Assembly: GCA_963798485.1 (NCBI GenBank)
Contig: CAWCTR010000009.1
Location: 32,001-96,000 of the forward strand
Direction: 5' to 3'
Source: an uncultured delta proteobacterium
GTDB lineage: Bacteria; Desulfobacterota; Desulfomonilia; UBA1062
DNA: 64,000 nucleotides
The position numbers and the translations under genes were made by a program. Shown here one piece after another: positions 1-9,245 of this stretch. The notes beneath the pieces are model-generated. The model was not told the origin of the DNA and made no database searches. It saw only the letters and a program-made list of their open reading frames with translations. Within the stretch, counting starts at the first letter, position 1; each line of letters opens with the position of its first letter.

Positions 1-519
1 CGTAATACTAAATAATAGTAAGACAAAGAAACCATACCATCTAGATATAATTCCATATTCAAATAACACGAAATAACTAAATGTGAAAAGAAATTTTTGA
101 ACATAGTTAAAATTTGAAAATCTGTTAAAAATATAAATTGCTGTCGTTATAATGATCAAATGATATATTTGAAATACTTTGAAGGAAGGTATTAAATGCA
201 AAATTATATGCATGATGCCATAATATAACAGGAAATTAGGTTCCAGACCCCCTGACGGACCATTATATTTTAAAAAATTATTATAAAAGGTTTTTGCATA
301 ACCATCGAGTTCATCTCTCCATAATTCGTGATAGTACATGCCGATAACAATACATAAGAAATAGATCAGCGTAATTATGATAGGGAAGTATTTTTTCACC
401 GGATCGAATCTTTGTGAGATGATGTTTAGAAGTTTATAACTTGGCTCGATATTCTTATTCGACTTTAAAATTTCATCAGACGAAGGTTTTATCTTTTTTT
501 TTCTGCTTTTTATGCCCAT
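1..519 (-). CDS. Multi-pass membrane protein, probable GT-C-fold glycosyltransferase (partial, runs off the window)
   Basis: Manual translation from ATG at 519: MGIKSRKKK...PIIITLIYFLCIVIGMYYHELWRDELDG. A TM helix followed by an acidic HELWRDE loop is typical of GT-C enzymes. Lies downstream of the GT2 gene. Confidence 0.55.
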   Translation of the reverse strand, partial: MGIKSRKKKIKPSSDEILKSNKNIEPSYKLLNIISQRFDPVKKYFPIIITLIYFLCIVIGMYYHELWRDELDGYAKTFYNNFLKYNGPSGGLEPNFLLYYGIMHIILHLIPSFKVFQIYHLIIITTAIYIFNRFSNFNYVQKFLFTFSYFVLFEYGIISRWYGFFVLLLFSIT

Positions 520-559
520 GTCATTATCCTCTTATATCTATCCTAATATTTATAGTTAT

Positions 560-1366
560 TCATAAAGTAAAAGGACGATAAGATTTTGAACGAGCAAAAA
601 GTCTTATATACCCACAGACAGTTCGAGTAATCCTCATCTTTGTCTTCCCTTTACGAAAGGAAAAATCAAGCATCATAGGAACTTCGACTATCCTAGCATT
701 GATTTTGGATAGTTTTATAAGTATCTCAACTGCACATTCAAAACCCGATGATTCTATAATTCGTACTCCATAATGACTCTGTAGTTTTTTCAAAATGTGC
801 CCATTATATAGCCGGTAAAAACTGCTGAGAGTATGTATTCCCCATAATCCCAAAATGCATCGAGCAAGGATATTCGCAGCGTGGCTGAGAAAGAGACGAT
901 GCAACGCTACATGAGACATCTTCCCACCAGGGGAATATGGGCTTGCCAGTATTACTTCAGCTCCTTGACGAGCCTTCTCAAGCATGGAATGTAAAAGTTC
1001 AAGTTGTGAGGTGTTGTCGCCTTCCATGGTCAATACCCAATCATTATCTTCAAGCATGTCTGCTAGATAAGCGAATGACGTGCCGAAGGCCGCACCAGGA
1101 CCTTGGTTTACTTCATGGTTGAGAATGACGAGAGAATCACCAAGAGCATTTCCTTGAAATCGAGGCACTGTATCATCGGTACTTCCATCATTTACTATTA
1201 CATATCGTGTCTCAAATTCATGATCCAATAAACTCTTTATATCTTTTAGACCTTGGCAAAGCCGATCGATATTTGCTGATTCATTGAAGACAGGGATAAC
1301 CACATATAGCCGTGGAACATTCTGTTTTGCTTCGCCTTGAACTGATCGGGGATGATCGGCACTCAA
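560..1366 (-). CDS. Glycosyltransferase family 2, polyprenol-phosphate glycosyltransferase (DPM-synthase-like)
   Basis: VVIPVFNE, VNDGSTD, NQGPGAA and final RKGKTKM motifs. The DxD position reads EGD. Confidence 0.88.
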   Translation of the reverse strand: MSADHPRSVQGEAKQNVPRLYVVIPVFNESANIDRLCQGLKDIKSLLDHEFETRYVIVNDGSTDDTVPRFQGNALGDSLVILNHEVNQGPGAAFGTSFAYLADMLEDNDWVLTMEGDNTSQLELLHSMLEKARQGAEVILASPYSPGGKMSHVALHRLFLSHAANILARCILGLWGIHTLSSFYRLYNGHILKKLQSHYGVRIIESSGFECAVEILIKLSKINARIVEVPMMLDFSFRKGKTKMRITRTVCGYIRLFARSKSYRPFTL

Positions 1367-2364
1367 ATCTGTCCCCTTTCTCTCAACTCCTGATATTTGA
1401 CTTGAACTGTTGTTTTCACAGCTTCGTGGAGACGGAAGCGGGGTTCATAATCCAGTAAAAGCCTTGCCTTGGATAGGTCAGGCAATCTTCGCATGATGTC
1501 TTTATACTGACCAAAGATAGTAGAAAATGGAACAAAATTAATTTTCAGTTCACGCTTCAGATCAGTTTCTCTATTGATCACGTCCACAATCAACCGGGCA
1601 CTGTCCAATACGCTTACCTCTTCATCGTTGCCAAGATTTATAATATGGCCTATCGCCTGTTCTCTCCCAATAGCCGCTATTGTGCCACGAATCAGGTCAC
1701 GAATGTCGGCCATGGACCTGGTCTGGGTGCCGTCCCCATGGATATTCACTGGCTCATCCCTCAAAACCGCATCAATAAATATTGGGATATGTCCGCCACT
1801 CCAGCTAAAGCTGGATCGAGGACTGAAACCGCCAAAATAGCGCAAGATCACAGTCGGAACTTTTTCATCCTTGTAATATGCAAAGGCCAGTTGCTCGTCA
1901 TAGAGCTTGGATACAGCATAAGCCCAACGCTTTATCATTGAGGGGCCAAGAATCAGGTCATTGTCTTCTGCATGGGGTATGGGTGCCATGCCATACACGT
2001 CTGATGTAGATGCAAATACAACCTTACACCTCCACATTCTGGCTATCTCAAACACATTTTCTGTTCCACGGCTGTTTACACGGAGAGTGTGAAGGCTGGC
2101 ATCGTCTTCCCCGCTTTTCTTCATTGCAGCTAGATGTACAATAATGTCTGCACCACAACTTAATATTTTTAAGGCTTCAACATCCAAAACATCTACCCGA
2201 TAAAAGCTAAACCGGTCACTCTTCAAAGCCTGTTCAATATTTTCCATATGTCCAAAAGATAGGTTATCCACACCCACAACAGAGACATCCTCATTCTGGA
2301 TCAATTCATCCACCAGGTGCGACCCAATCATACCAGCACAACCAGTCACCACAATTTTTTTCAT
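1363..2364 (-). CDS. NAD-dependent nucleotide-sugar epimerase/dehydratase (extended SDR)
   Basis: GCAGMIG Rossmann motif, HLAA, ASTSDVYG, YAVSK (YxxxK), GDGTQTR. Confidence 0.9.
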   Translation of the reverse strand: MKKIVVTGCAGMIGSHLVDELIQNEDVSVVGVDNLSFGHMENIEQALKSDRFSFYRVDVLDVEALKILSCGADIIVHLAAMKKSGEDDASLHTLRVNSRGTENVFEIARMWRCKVVFASTSDVYGMAPIPHAEDNDLILGPSMIKRWAYAVSKLYDEQLAFAYYKDEKVPTVILRYFGGFSPRSSFSWSGGHIPIFIDAVLRDEPVNIHGDGTQTRSMADIRDLIRGTIAAIGREQAIGHIINLGNDEEVSVLDSARLIVDVINRETDLKRELKINFVPFSTIFGQYKDIMRRLPDLSKARLLLDYEPRFRLHEAVKTTVQVKYQELRERGQI

Positions 2365-2440
2365 GCTCAGATAACCTCCTATAATTTAAATCCTAAATGA
2401 ACTGAGATTTGATAATACCATACTATGAATCAAACTAAAA

Positions 2441-2492
2441 CTTCCGGTCGCCTAAAGGCGAGGGGTTTCAACCATCCCCGATAGAGACACTA
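2441..2492. mobile_element. Possible orphan IS200/IS605-type terminal hairpin
   Basis: TCGCC-TAAA-GGCGA hairpin followed by GGGGTTTC and a second GGGG/CCCC stem; a GC-rich patch in an AT-rich intergenic region. No transposase nearby. Confidence 0.4.
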
Positions 2493-2564
2493 AATGCCCT
2501 TGTTATTCCTATGGATATATTTAAAGTAGTCATAAACTAGCTCGTTAATCCATTATGGTAATTA

Positions 2565-3677
2565 TTATAACCTTGCTATACTGTTCCCTTCCTCCGTTAT
2601 GCTTTCTTGTGAATGTAATCCCGTCTTCACTATGTTCACTCCTATCAACCAGGAAGATAATACCCCAAGCAAGATGAGTGGAATTATCTGGAAGAAATGA
2701 AAGGTGAGCGTCAATCCTGCTGCTTCTATCTTAGGGACTCCGAAGATCATTAAGCCATAGATGCCTCCAACCTCCCAGATGCCCCAATATCCTGGAACCG
2801 ATGGCAGCATAATGAAGAAGCACATGATGATCATTGAAGCAGATGCCTGGAGAAAAGTGATGTTTACCCCTTTACAACCAAGGACTAACACATAAAATGA
2901 GAAGAAGTTGAGAATCCATACACAGACTGAGAGTAGAAGGCAGGCAACAATCATATAGGGATTCTTGAGGACTTCAAATCCCATAGCAAGGTTGTCGAGG
3001 ATGACATGAGAACTTACATGGAGCCTCTCAGAAAGGTGCTGTCTGAAGTGAGAAGTTGTGAAGAAGAGTAATCGAGGCAGCCAGGAAATAAAGCGGCTAA
3101 TTACCCGCCTAGTAATGGGCAGCATAAACATAAATATAATACCCAATAAGGTAATACCGGCTAGAATCGTCTTTCCCTTTATGTCCAGAAGAGTCTTTTT
3201 GTTTATCTGGTAGCTGTCTAAGGTAAGACTTAAAGTTGGGTTAATTTGAATGCCGTTCATGATGAAGATAAAGATGCACAGCAATATCACTATATCAAAG
3301 ATCCTTTCTACAGCTACAGTAGCAAATACTTTGGAGAAATCAATCTTGTCCCTTTTGTATAGGATGGCTGGTCTTGCAAACTCGCCCATACGACCTGGGA
3401 GCAGGCAGTTGATAGTGAATGCAATAACAACCGGATGGAGCGCATGCCAGTAGCTTATTTTCTTAATTGGTCTCAAGATAATCTTCCATCTCAACCCTCT
3501 TACTAGATATGTGGAAAGAGCTAAGAGCGTTGAAGGGATGATCCACCAGAAATTGATGGCTTTGATATAGTCCAAGAGTTGTGCAAGTGGGACATTTCTG
3601 AACGAAATGTATATTGCCGCACATGAGAAGACAATGCCAATCAAAAGTGAAAGAATTATTTTATGGTTTTTTTGCAT
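2565..3677 (-). CDS. Lysylphosphatidylglycerol-synthase TM / UPF0104 flippase-like membrane protein
   Basis: RGLRW, NCLLPGRMGEFAR, VERIFD and PSVPGYWGIWE motifs. Start moved to MQKNHK. Confidence 0.85.
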   Translation of the reverse strand: MQKNHKIILSLLIGIVFSCAAIYISFRNVPLAQLLDYIKAINFWWIIPSTLLALSTYLVRGLRWKIILRPIKKISYWHALHPVVIAFTINCLLPGRMGEFARPAILYKRDKIDFSKVFATVAVERIFDIVILLCIFIFIMNGIQINPTLSLTLDSYQINKKTLLDIKGKTILAGITLLGIIFMFMLPITRRVISRFISWLPRLLFFTTSHFRQHLSERLHVSSHVILDNLAMGFEVLKNPYMIVACLLLSVCVWILNFFSFYVLVLGCKGVNITFLQASASMIIMCFFIMLPSVPGYWGIWEVGGIYGLMIFGVPKIEAAGLTLTFHFFQIIPLILLGVLSSWLIGVNIVKTGLHSQESITEEGNSIARL

Positions 3678-4112
3678 GTACCCTGAGCTTACTGCAGTGC
3701 ATAGCAATTATCCTAATCAAACAATCCCAGTTACTTCATCATCCTCCTAAATTCCAAATGATCTGTTTATTTACATAATATATTGAATTATTTTTATGAG
3801 TATATCATGAGCTATATCCAAGATCTATTTCAAAGTGTACATAAATGCTAAAGATTGGCGGCCTCAACCTCTTACTATCAATCGTAAAGTTCTTCGACCA
3901 AAGCTGATAACGGAATCTTTAGTTTTTCTTTAAGTTTTTCTTTAAGATTTTCTAAAATGTTATGCACCAGTATCGATACTGTGAGCATGATGTTTTACTA
4001 AAATAGATCTCTGTCGATGTTGTTGAATTAATTAAATTCAGGTATATCTCTCTTTAATTGCATTAAATTGTATCTTTGATAAAGTATAGTATTTTTTACA
4101 GAGATTCTTATC

Positions 4113-6380
4113 ATGAATAAATTGACCTCAAGCCAGCCTCTAATCTTTTCCATTGGGATGATTCTTTTTATCGTAACGGCCATATTAGGTTGGATAAAGC
4201 TTCAATATGGCTTTAATTTTACCGATGAAGGCTATTATATGACAGAAAGCTGGCGACTTGCTGCTGGCGATCATTTTCTAAAAGACAAAATCACAGGAGT
4301 TCTTACATTATATACCTTAGTTAACAGTATAATATTTAAGATATATCCTTGTATTACTCTTCTGGAGATCAGGAAGTTGCAATTTTTTTTAACGATATTT
4401 TCTGTTATAATATTCAGCGTTTCATTATTTAAAATCACAGGTGAATATTGGTATCTCCCTCTTATCTTCTCTCTCTATGCCTTCACCGGGCTTAATCCTC
4501 TTTGTTCTCTTCCCAATTTATCGTATCAAACATACCCCCATTTATTCATTACCCTTCACCTTTCCTTTTTTATCCTTGGGATAATTCAAGGGAATACCCT
4601 CATAAGATATGTACTGCTGATAATATCAGGTATTTTTCTCTGGGCTATATCTTTTACTGTGCCTCACCTGAGCCTCATTATTTCATCACCTTTGTTCGTA
4701 TACCTATTCATCAGGTATAGCGGCTCAAGTCTCTACAAATATACTGTAAAAGATTTCATATTTATTACAACACCAATCGTACTAGGCTGGGTACTATTCA
4801 TTGGATATTACAATACATTATATGTGCAGAATCTCATAACATCTATTAAACTTCTTTTATCGACCCCGGCACACTCTTCAAAGTCTCTTATTAATCTGAA
4901 TTGGCAGAAATTGGTCACTATCGGAATAACGCTATTATATCTAATATTCCTTCTCGTTTTGATAAGGAAGGCAAGATCTAATAAAGTTGTAGTTACTGGT
5001 ATATTCGCAGCATCACTTATAATGTATTATATTATAAATACTTCATTCTGGAACCAGCCTGAAGTAATTTTTTGGTTTTACAGTCGCCCCATGTGGCTAG
5101 CAGCATTGTTGATCTCGTTTTTCATTCTTTTCATTTTGAAAATAGTTTTTACTCTCTTTCGCAAGTTAAAATTTCATGACATCGAAGTATCAGGGGTAAT
5201 AATACTCATTCCGGTTTTATTATTGATAGTAAGTAGTAGTATCTGTGGAGCTTTAGGTATCTTATCAATATTACAAAATTCAATACCTGCATTGGCTTCA
5301 TTTTCAATTGTCTTTCTAGCTTATACAAGATCAAAGGCGAAGTCTTTGGGTTATAATGCCCTTGTTCTCGTGATGATATTAGCTCCTTTCTATGGATCCA
5401 TCATATATAATAACTGGATTTATAATTATGATGACGTATTAACAAAAGATATCAATGCAGAAATTGATAAAGGATTCGGTATGGGTATTAAAACTAATAA
5501 CATCTATAAAGGCCTGTATGATTGGATTGCAACTACAACAGAGACCTACACTAAACCCAATGATTTTATCATATCATATGTAAACTCTCCCATGGTTCAT
5601 ATGATTGCCAAAAGGAGACCTTCCTTAGATGATACTTATATCCAATACACCGAAAAACCATATGGATATTATGAAAATGCACTAATGAAGATGCATGAGC
5701 TCAAACGCGAACCCAGATTAGTATTTATCTTTTATTCACCACCAGAAATGGTACCTAATAATCCACAATACATTGAAGAAACAGGAATAAAACCCAGAGT
5801 TAATTATTTTAGGGCAGGAAGACAAATAGAATCTTTAATCCCTGCACGAGATCCAATCACTAATTATGTAATAAATCATATGTACTTTTTGGAAAAGTAT
5901 AACCTCTTCGATGATATGTATGCATTATGCTATGTGGATAACCTTGAATCTGTCATAACAGTTTTGAACAGACAATTAAATCAACAACCCAATAATCCTG
6001 ACATTTATTATAAAATCGGTTTGTTGTGGAAGCAGAAGAAAGAGGTGGACAGAGCGCTACGATATTTTATCAAGTCAAACGAAATAGCTCCCAACAATAA
6101 ATCAGTATATCAAATTGTATCAATCTATTCCTCACAGGGCGGTTATGAGGATGCACTCTTGTATCTGAGAAAATTATACAAACTACAACCTGAAAACCCT
6201 GAAATATCATATAACATTGCTTGTATAAAGGCCAAACAAGGCTTAGTTGATGATGCAACTTCCTGGCTTAAAACAGCTGTTGAGAAAGGTTTTCATAACT
6301 GGGATCTGATCAAGAATGACCCTGACCTTGCTAACATCAGAAACACTGCTTTTATAAATGAATTGTTAAAAAATCATTAA
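4113..6380 (+). CDS. Multi-pass membrane protein (GT-C-like N-terminus) with C-terminal TPR repeats
   Basis: Many TM helices, FTDEGYY after the first helix, and C-terminal TPRs ending YNIACIKAK...WLKTAVEKGF...DPDLANIR. Confidence 0.7.
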   Translation: MNKLTSSQPLIFSIGMILFIVTAILGWIKLQYGFNFTDEGYYMTESWRLAAGDHFLKDKITGVLTLYTLVNSIIFKIYPCITLLEIRKLQFFLTIFSVIIFSVSLFKITGEYWYLPLIFSLYAFTGLNPLCSLPNLSYQTYPHLFITLHLSFFILGIIQGNTLIRYVLLIISGIFLWAISFTVPHLSLIISSPLFVYLFIRYSGSSLYKYTVKDFIFITTPIVLGWVLFIGYYNTLYVQNLITSIKLLLSTPAHSSKSLINLNWQKLVTIGITLLYLIFLLVLIRKARSNKVVVTGIFAASLIMYYIINTSFWNQPEVIFWFYSRPMWLAALLISFFILFILKIVFTLFRKLKFHDIEVSGVIILIPVLLLIVSSSICGALGILSILQNSIPALASFSIVFLAYTRSKAKSLGYNALVLVMILAPFYGSIIYNNWIYNYDDVLTKDINAEIDKGFGMGIKTNNIYKGLYDWIATTTETYTKPNDFIISYVNSPMVHMIAKRRPSLDDTYIQYTEKPYGYYENALMKMHELKREPRLVFIFYSPPEMVPNNPQYIEETGIKPRVNYFRAGRQIESLIPARDPITNYVINHMYFLEKYNLFDDMYALCYVDNLESVITVLNRQLNQQPNNPDIYYKIGLLWKQKKEVDRALRYFIKSNEIAPNNKSVYQIVSIYSSQGGYEDALLYLRKLYKLQPENPEISYNIACIKAKQGLVDDATSWLKTAVEKGFHNWDLIKNDPDLANIRNTAFINELLKNH

Positions 6381-6409
6381 GTTCTTTTATGAAGAATAAC
6401 TGTAGATCT

Positions 6410-6497
6410 CTGCGATAAATACGTACTTTTTACAGGGCTCAAAAACCGTTGATAATGTGAATCAGCAAAAAAAACCGTTGATAATGTGCCATCAGCA
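6410..6497. repeat. Dispersed repeat family copy A (with local tandem duplication)
   Basis: CTGCGATAAA...AAAAACCGTTGAT matches copies at 42149 and 48521. AAAAACCGTTGATAATGTG occurs twice (6441, 6470). GATAATGTGCCA at 6480-6491 is the reverse complement of TGGCACATTATC in other copies. Confidence 0.7.
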
Positions 6498-6689
6498 ACG
6501 ATTCACCAATTTTGATGATTTCATTCGAAGACCTCTCCTCGGGGATCTGTGAGACAAAGTATAGATTCCTATAAGCACCTGAAGCATAAGCGTGAATATA
6601 GATCTGTAATAGTTGGACACTTTCATATCGGTCTGAAAAGTAAAGGTTCTCGAATGCAATCTATGCCCAGGAGCATAGTATATCAAAGA

Positions 6690-7070
6690 TCTGGAGGCAT
6701 AGGTTGCTGCATGCCTTCTTAAATCATGAGGCCTGAGAGCAATGCCCACCAACTCCCCTGCTTTGTGAACTACTGCCCGGGCGCCGACATACGTGATAGG
6801 AAAGATGCGCTTATTTGGCTCTATTCTTATGAGATTGATATACTCTTTCAGTCTTTCAGCGAGCTTCTGGGGAATGTATACCAGTTCGTGTTCTTTCCCG
6901 ATTTTCGGATCTCTCAAAATCAATTTCTGATCAAGTATATCTACTGGAGTCAGCTTAAAAACCTCACTTATCCTCATTCCTCCCCGTGCCATCAGTTCTA
7001 ACATAAGACGATTTCTCGGACTGGTTGTTCTGAAAATCACCTCATCAACTATTCCCTTGTCGAAGATAGA
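6690..7070 (-). pseudogene. Tyrosine recombinase (site-specific integrase) fragment
   Basis: RNRLMLELMARGGMRISEV (catalytic R box) and LRPHDLRRHAAT (HxxR). Lacks the N-terminal domain and diverges after ASRS, before the catalytic Tyr. Confidence 0.85.
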
Positions 7071-7229
7071 GAATTCATATCTCTGTCTTCAAAATGGTCA
7101 TGTAACTTCTTCAGAATAAATTCATAGGCTCTCACAGTATTACTTCTGGAATTTGACTTGTGGTACTCCAAACAAACCTTGATACTTTGCGATAATAACA
7201 TGATACACCCCCAACAATGTTTTCTGTGC

Positions 7230-7527
7230 GCAGCCCGTATCCCAATTCACATTACCCGTCGACAGAAAGTGATTGAAGCATTCAATACCACCTGGAAAAT
7301 CAAGATACTGGTTACCGAATCCCAGACCGATTCCGCCACCCCGGCAGCCGCAAGATCTTTCATCGAATACCGCTGTTCTCCCTTTTGCCGCACTGGCCAG
7401 CATCCACATGACACAGCCCCAGTTGCCTTCCTTAAACCCCCAAGGCCTTTTCCGGCTTTTCATCGGCCCAGAGGATGGCCACAGGCGGATACTTAGCCCT
7501 GAGTGCCTCGGCGATTCTGCTCTTCAT
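7230..7527 (-). pseudogene. DUF169-like protein, N-terminal fragment with frameshift
   Basis: MKSRIAEALRAKYPPVAILWADEKPEKAL / GFKEGNWGCVMW...GCRGGGIGLGFG. Frame change near 7440; truncated. Confidence 0.6.
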
Positions 7528-7530
7528 TAT

Positions 7531-7785
7531 TCATCCCTCCATTCGATTATTCCAATTTTGTTTCTCGGCTGGTGACTCGTCAACCCTTTCCAGAAAGGCC
7601 TCCCTGCGCTTCTTATCCCACCGGGAGCAAAAGGCAGGTTTACCACTCATGGTCCTTTGCATACACAGAGAGCAAGCGGGCTCACAGGTGACAATGGGAC
7701 CAGGCATGATTTCCTGGGCCTTTTTGGGCCAGAGGGGATCGGCCAGGAACACACGAGCAAGACTGATCACGTCGACGTCGGACGT
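7531..7785 (-). pseudogene. C-terminal fragment of an NADH:flavin oxidoreductase (OYE family)
   Basis: ISLARVFLADPLWPKKA...CEPACSLC...C resembles the C-terminal FMN/Fe-S segment. The rest of the gene is absent. Confidence 0.6.
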
Positions 7786-7834
7786 ACGTCGTCATTTTAT
7801 CTCCCGCTATATTTCACTTCAGAGAGACATGGTC

Positions 7835-9244
7835 TTACTTGGCTCCTCCGCCTAATACCGTGTAAAGCCGTACCTGATTGTTGAGCTTCGCCAGGCGGAG
7901 CGCTACAAGCCCCTGCTGCGCCTCATAGAGGGATCGCTGGGCATCGAGGACGCCCAGGTAGTTATCTATCCCCTTTGTATACCGTGCATTGGAGAGGCGG
8001 TAGGTTTCAGATAGAGCATTGAGCAAGGATTCCTGCGCCGACAGTTGTTCTTTCACCGTGCCCAGCACGGCAAGGGCATCGGCCGTTTCCTTGAAGGCGG
8101 TCTGAATTGCCTTCTCGTATTGGGTCAAGGCGATTTCCCTATCTACTTTGCTCACCTTCAACGCAGGCCAGATCCGGGCGTCGAAAATCGGCATAGTGAT
8201 CTGGGGAGTGAACGTCCAAGCCCGCGAACCGGCTTTGAATAGCCCGGATAGCTCTTCGCTTGCAGTTCCGTACGTAGTCGTAAGGGCGATGTTGGGGAAG
8301 AAAGCCGCCCGGGCGGCTCCGATATTGGCATAAGTTCCTTTGAGCTGGTGTTCGGCCTGAAGGATGTCGGGGCGGCTAAGGAGTATCTCGGAGCCCATAC
8401 CCGGAGAAATCTCTCTAGGAAGGCTGACGTCGCTCAAATCAGACGGCAAAAGTGTGCCAGGCGCCGGCGAGCCGAGTAAAAGGTTCAAGGCGTTTTCATC
8501 TATCGCCACCAGCTGGATATAGCGGGCTATGTCTCCGCGGGCCGTATCCACTTGCGTTTGGGATTGGCGCAGGTCCAGTTCGTTCGCGATTCCCACCTCA
8601 TAACGTCGCTTTATCAACTCGTAGGCGGCCTGTTGTGTCTCCATCGTGGACCGCACCAGTTTGAGGGCCTCCCGGTCAGCAGCCAGAGTCAGATATGCCT
8701 GTGCTACCGCTGATACCAGCGAGATTTGTGCACTGCTGCGGGCCTCCTGGGTAGCCAGGTACTCCTCCAACGCTTGGTCTCTCAGGCTGCGGATGCGGCC
8801 GAAGAAGTCGATCTCCCAGGAACTGATGCCGAGATTGACCCCGTATTGACCATAGGTCATCTCGCTCCCGGTGGTAGAAAGATCGGCGGGTACACGCTGT
8901 CTTCCTCCACTTCCACCGGCATTGAGCGCAGGTAGAAGCTCGGCGCGCTGAATACCATACAACGCACGAGCCCTCTCAACATTCAAGGCGGCCAGGCGTA
9001 GATCGCGATTGTTGTTCAAGGCCGTCTCGATAAGCTTTTGAAGACGCTCATCAGTGAAGAACTCCCGCCACTTAAGCTCCGGCGCGACCGGGGCGCCGGT
9101 CGAAGCCTTGGGTTCACTATAGGCGGCGTTGCTCGGCCAATCGGCAGGGACGGGAGATGAAGGTCTCGTATATTTCGGGGCCAGCGTGCATCCACCCACA
9201 AGGGTTATTATGATACCCAGGAGAAGAAACAGGTTTCTCTTCAT
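7835..9244 (-). CDS. RND efflux outer-membrane lipoprotein (OprM/NodT family)
   Basis: Lipobox VGGC, ALNNNRDLR, WEIDFFGRIR, RPDILQAE and terminal LGGG. Confidence 0.95.
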   Translation of the reverse strand: MKRNLFLLLGIIITLVGGCTLAPKYTRPSSPVPADWPSNAAYSEPKASTGAPVAPELKWREFFTDERLQKLIETALNNNRDLRLAALNVERARALYGIQRAELLPALNAGGSGGRQRVPADLSTTGSEMTYGQYGVNLGISSWEIDFFGRIRSLRDQALEEYLATQEARSSAQISLVSAVAQAYLTLAADREALKLVRSTMETQQAAYELIKRRYEVGIANELDLRQSQTQVDTARGDIARYIQLVAIDENALNLLLGSPAPGTLLPSDLSDVSLPREISPGMGSEILLSRPDILQAEHQLKGTYANIGAARAAFFPNIALTTTYGTASEELSGLFKAGSRAWTFTPQITMPIFDARIWPALKVSKVDREIALTQYEKAIQTAFKETADALAVLGTVKEQLSAQESLLNALSETYRLSNARYTKGIDNYLGVLDAQRSLYEAQQGLVALRLAKLNNQVRLYTVLGGGAK

Positions 9245-9245
9245 A

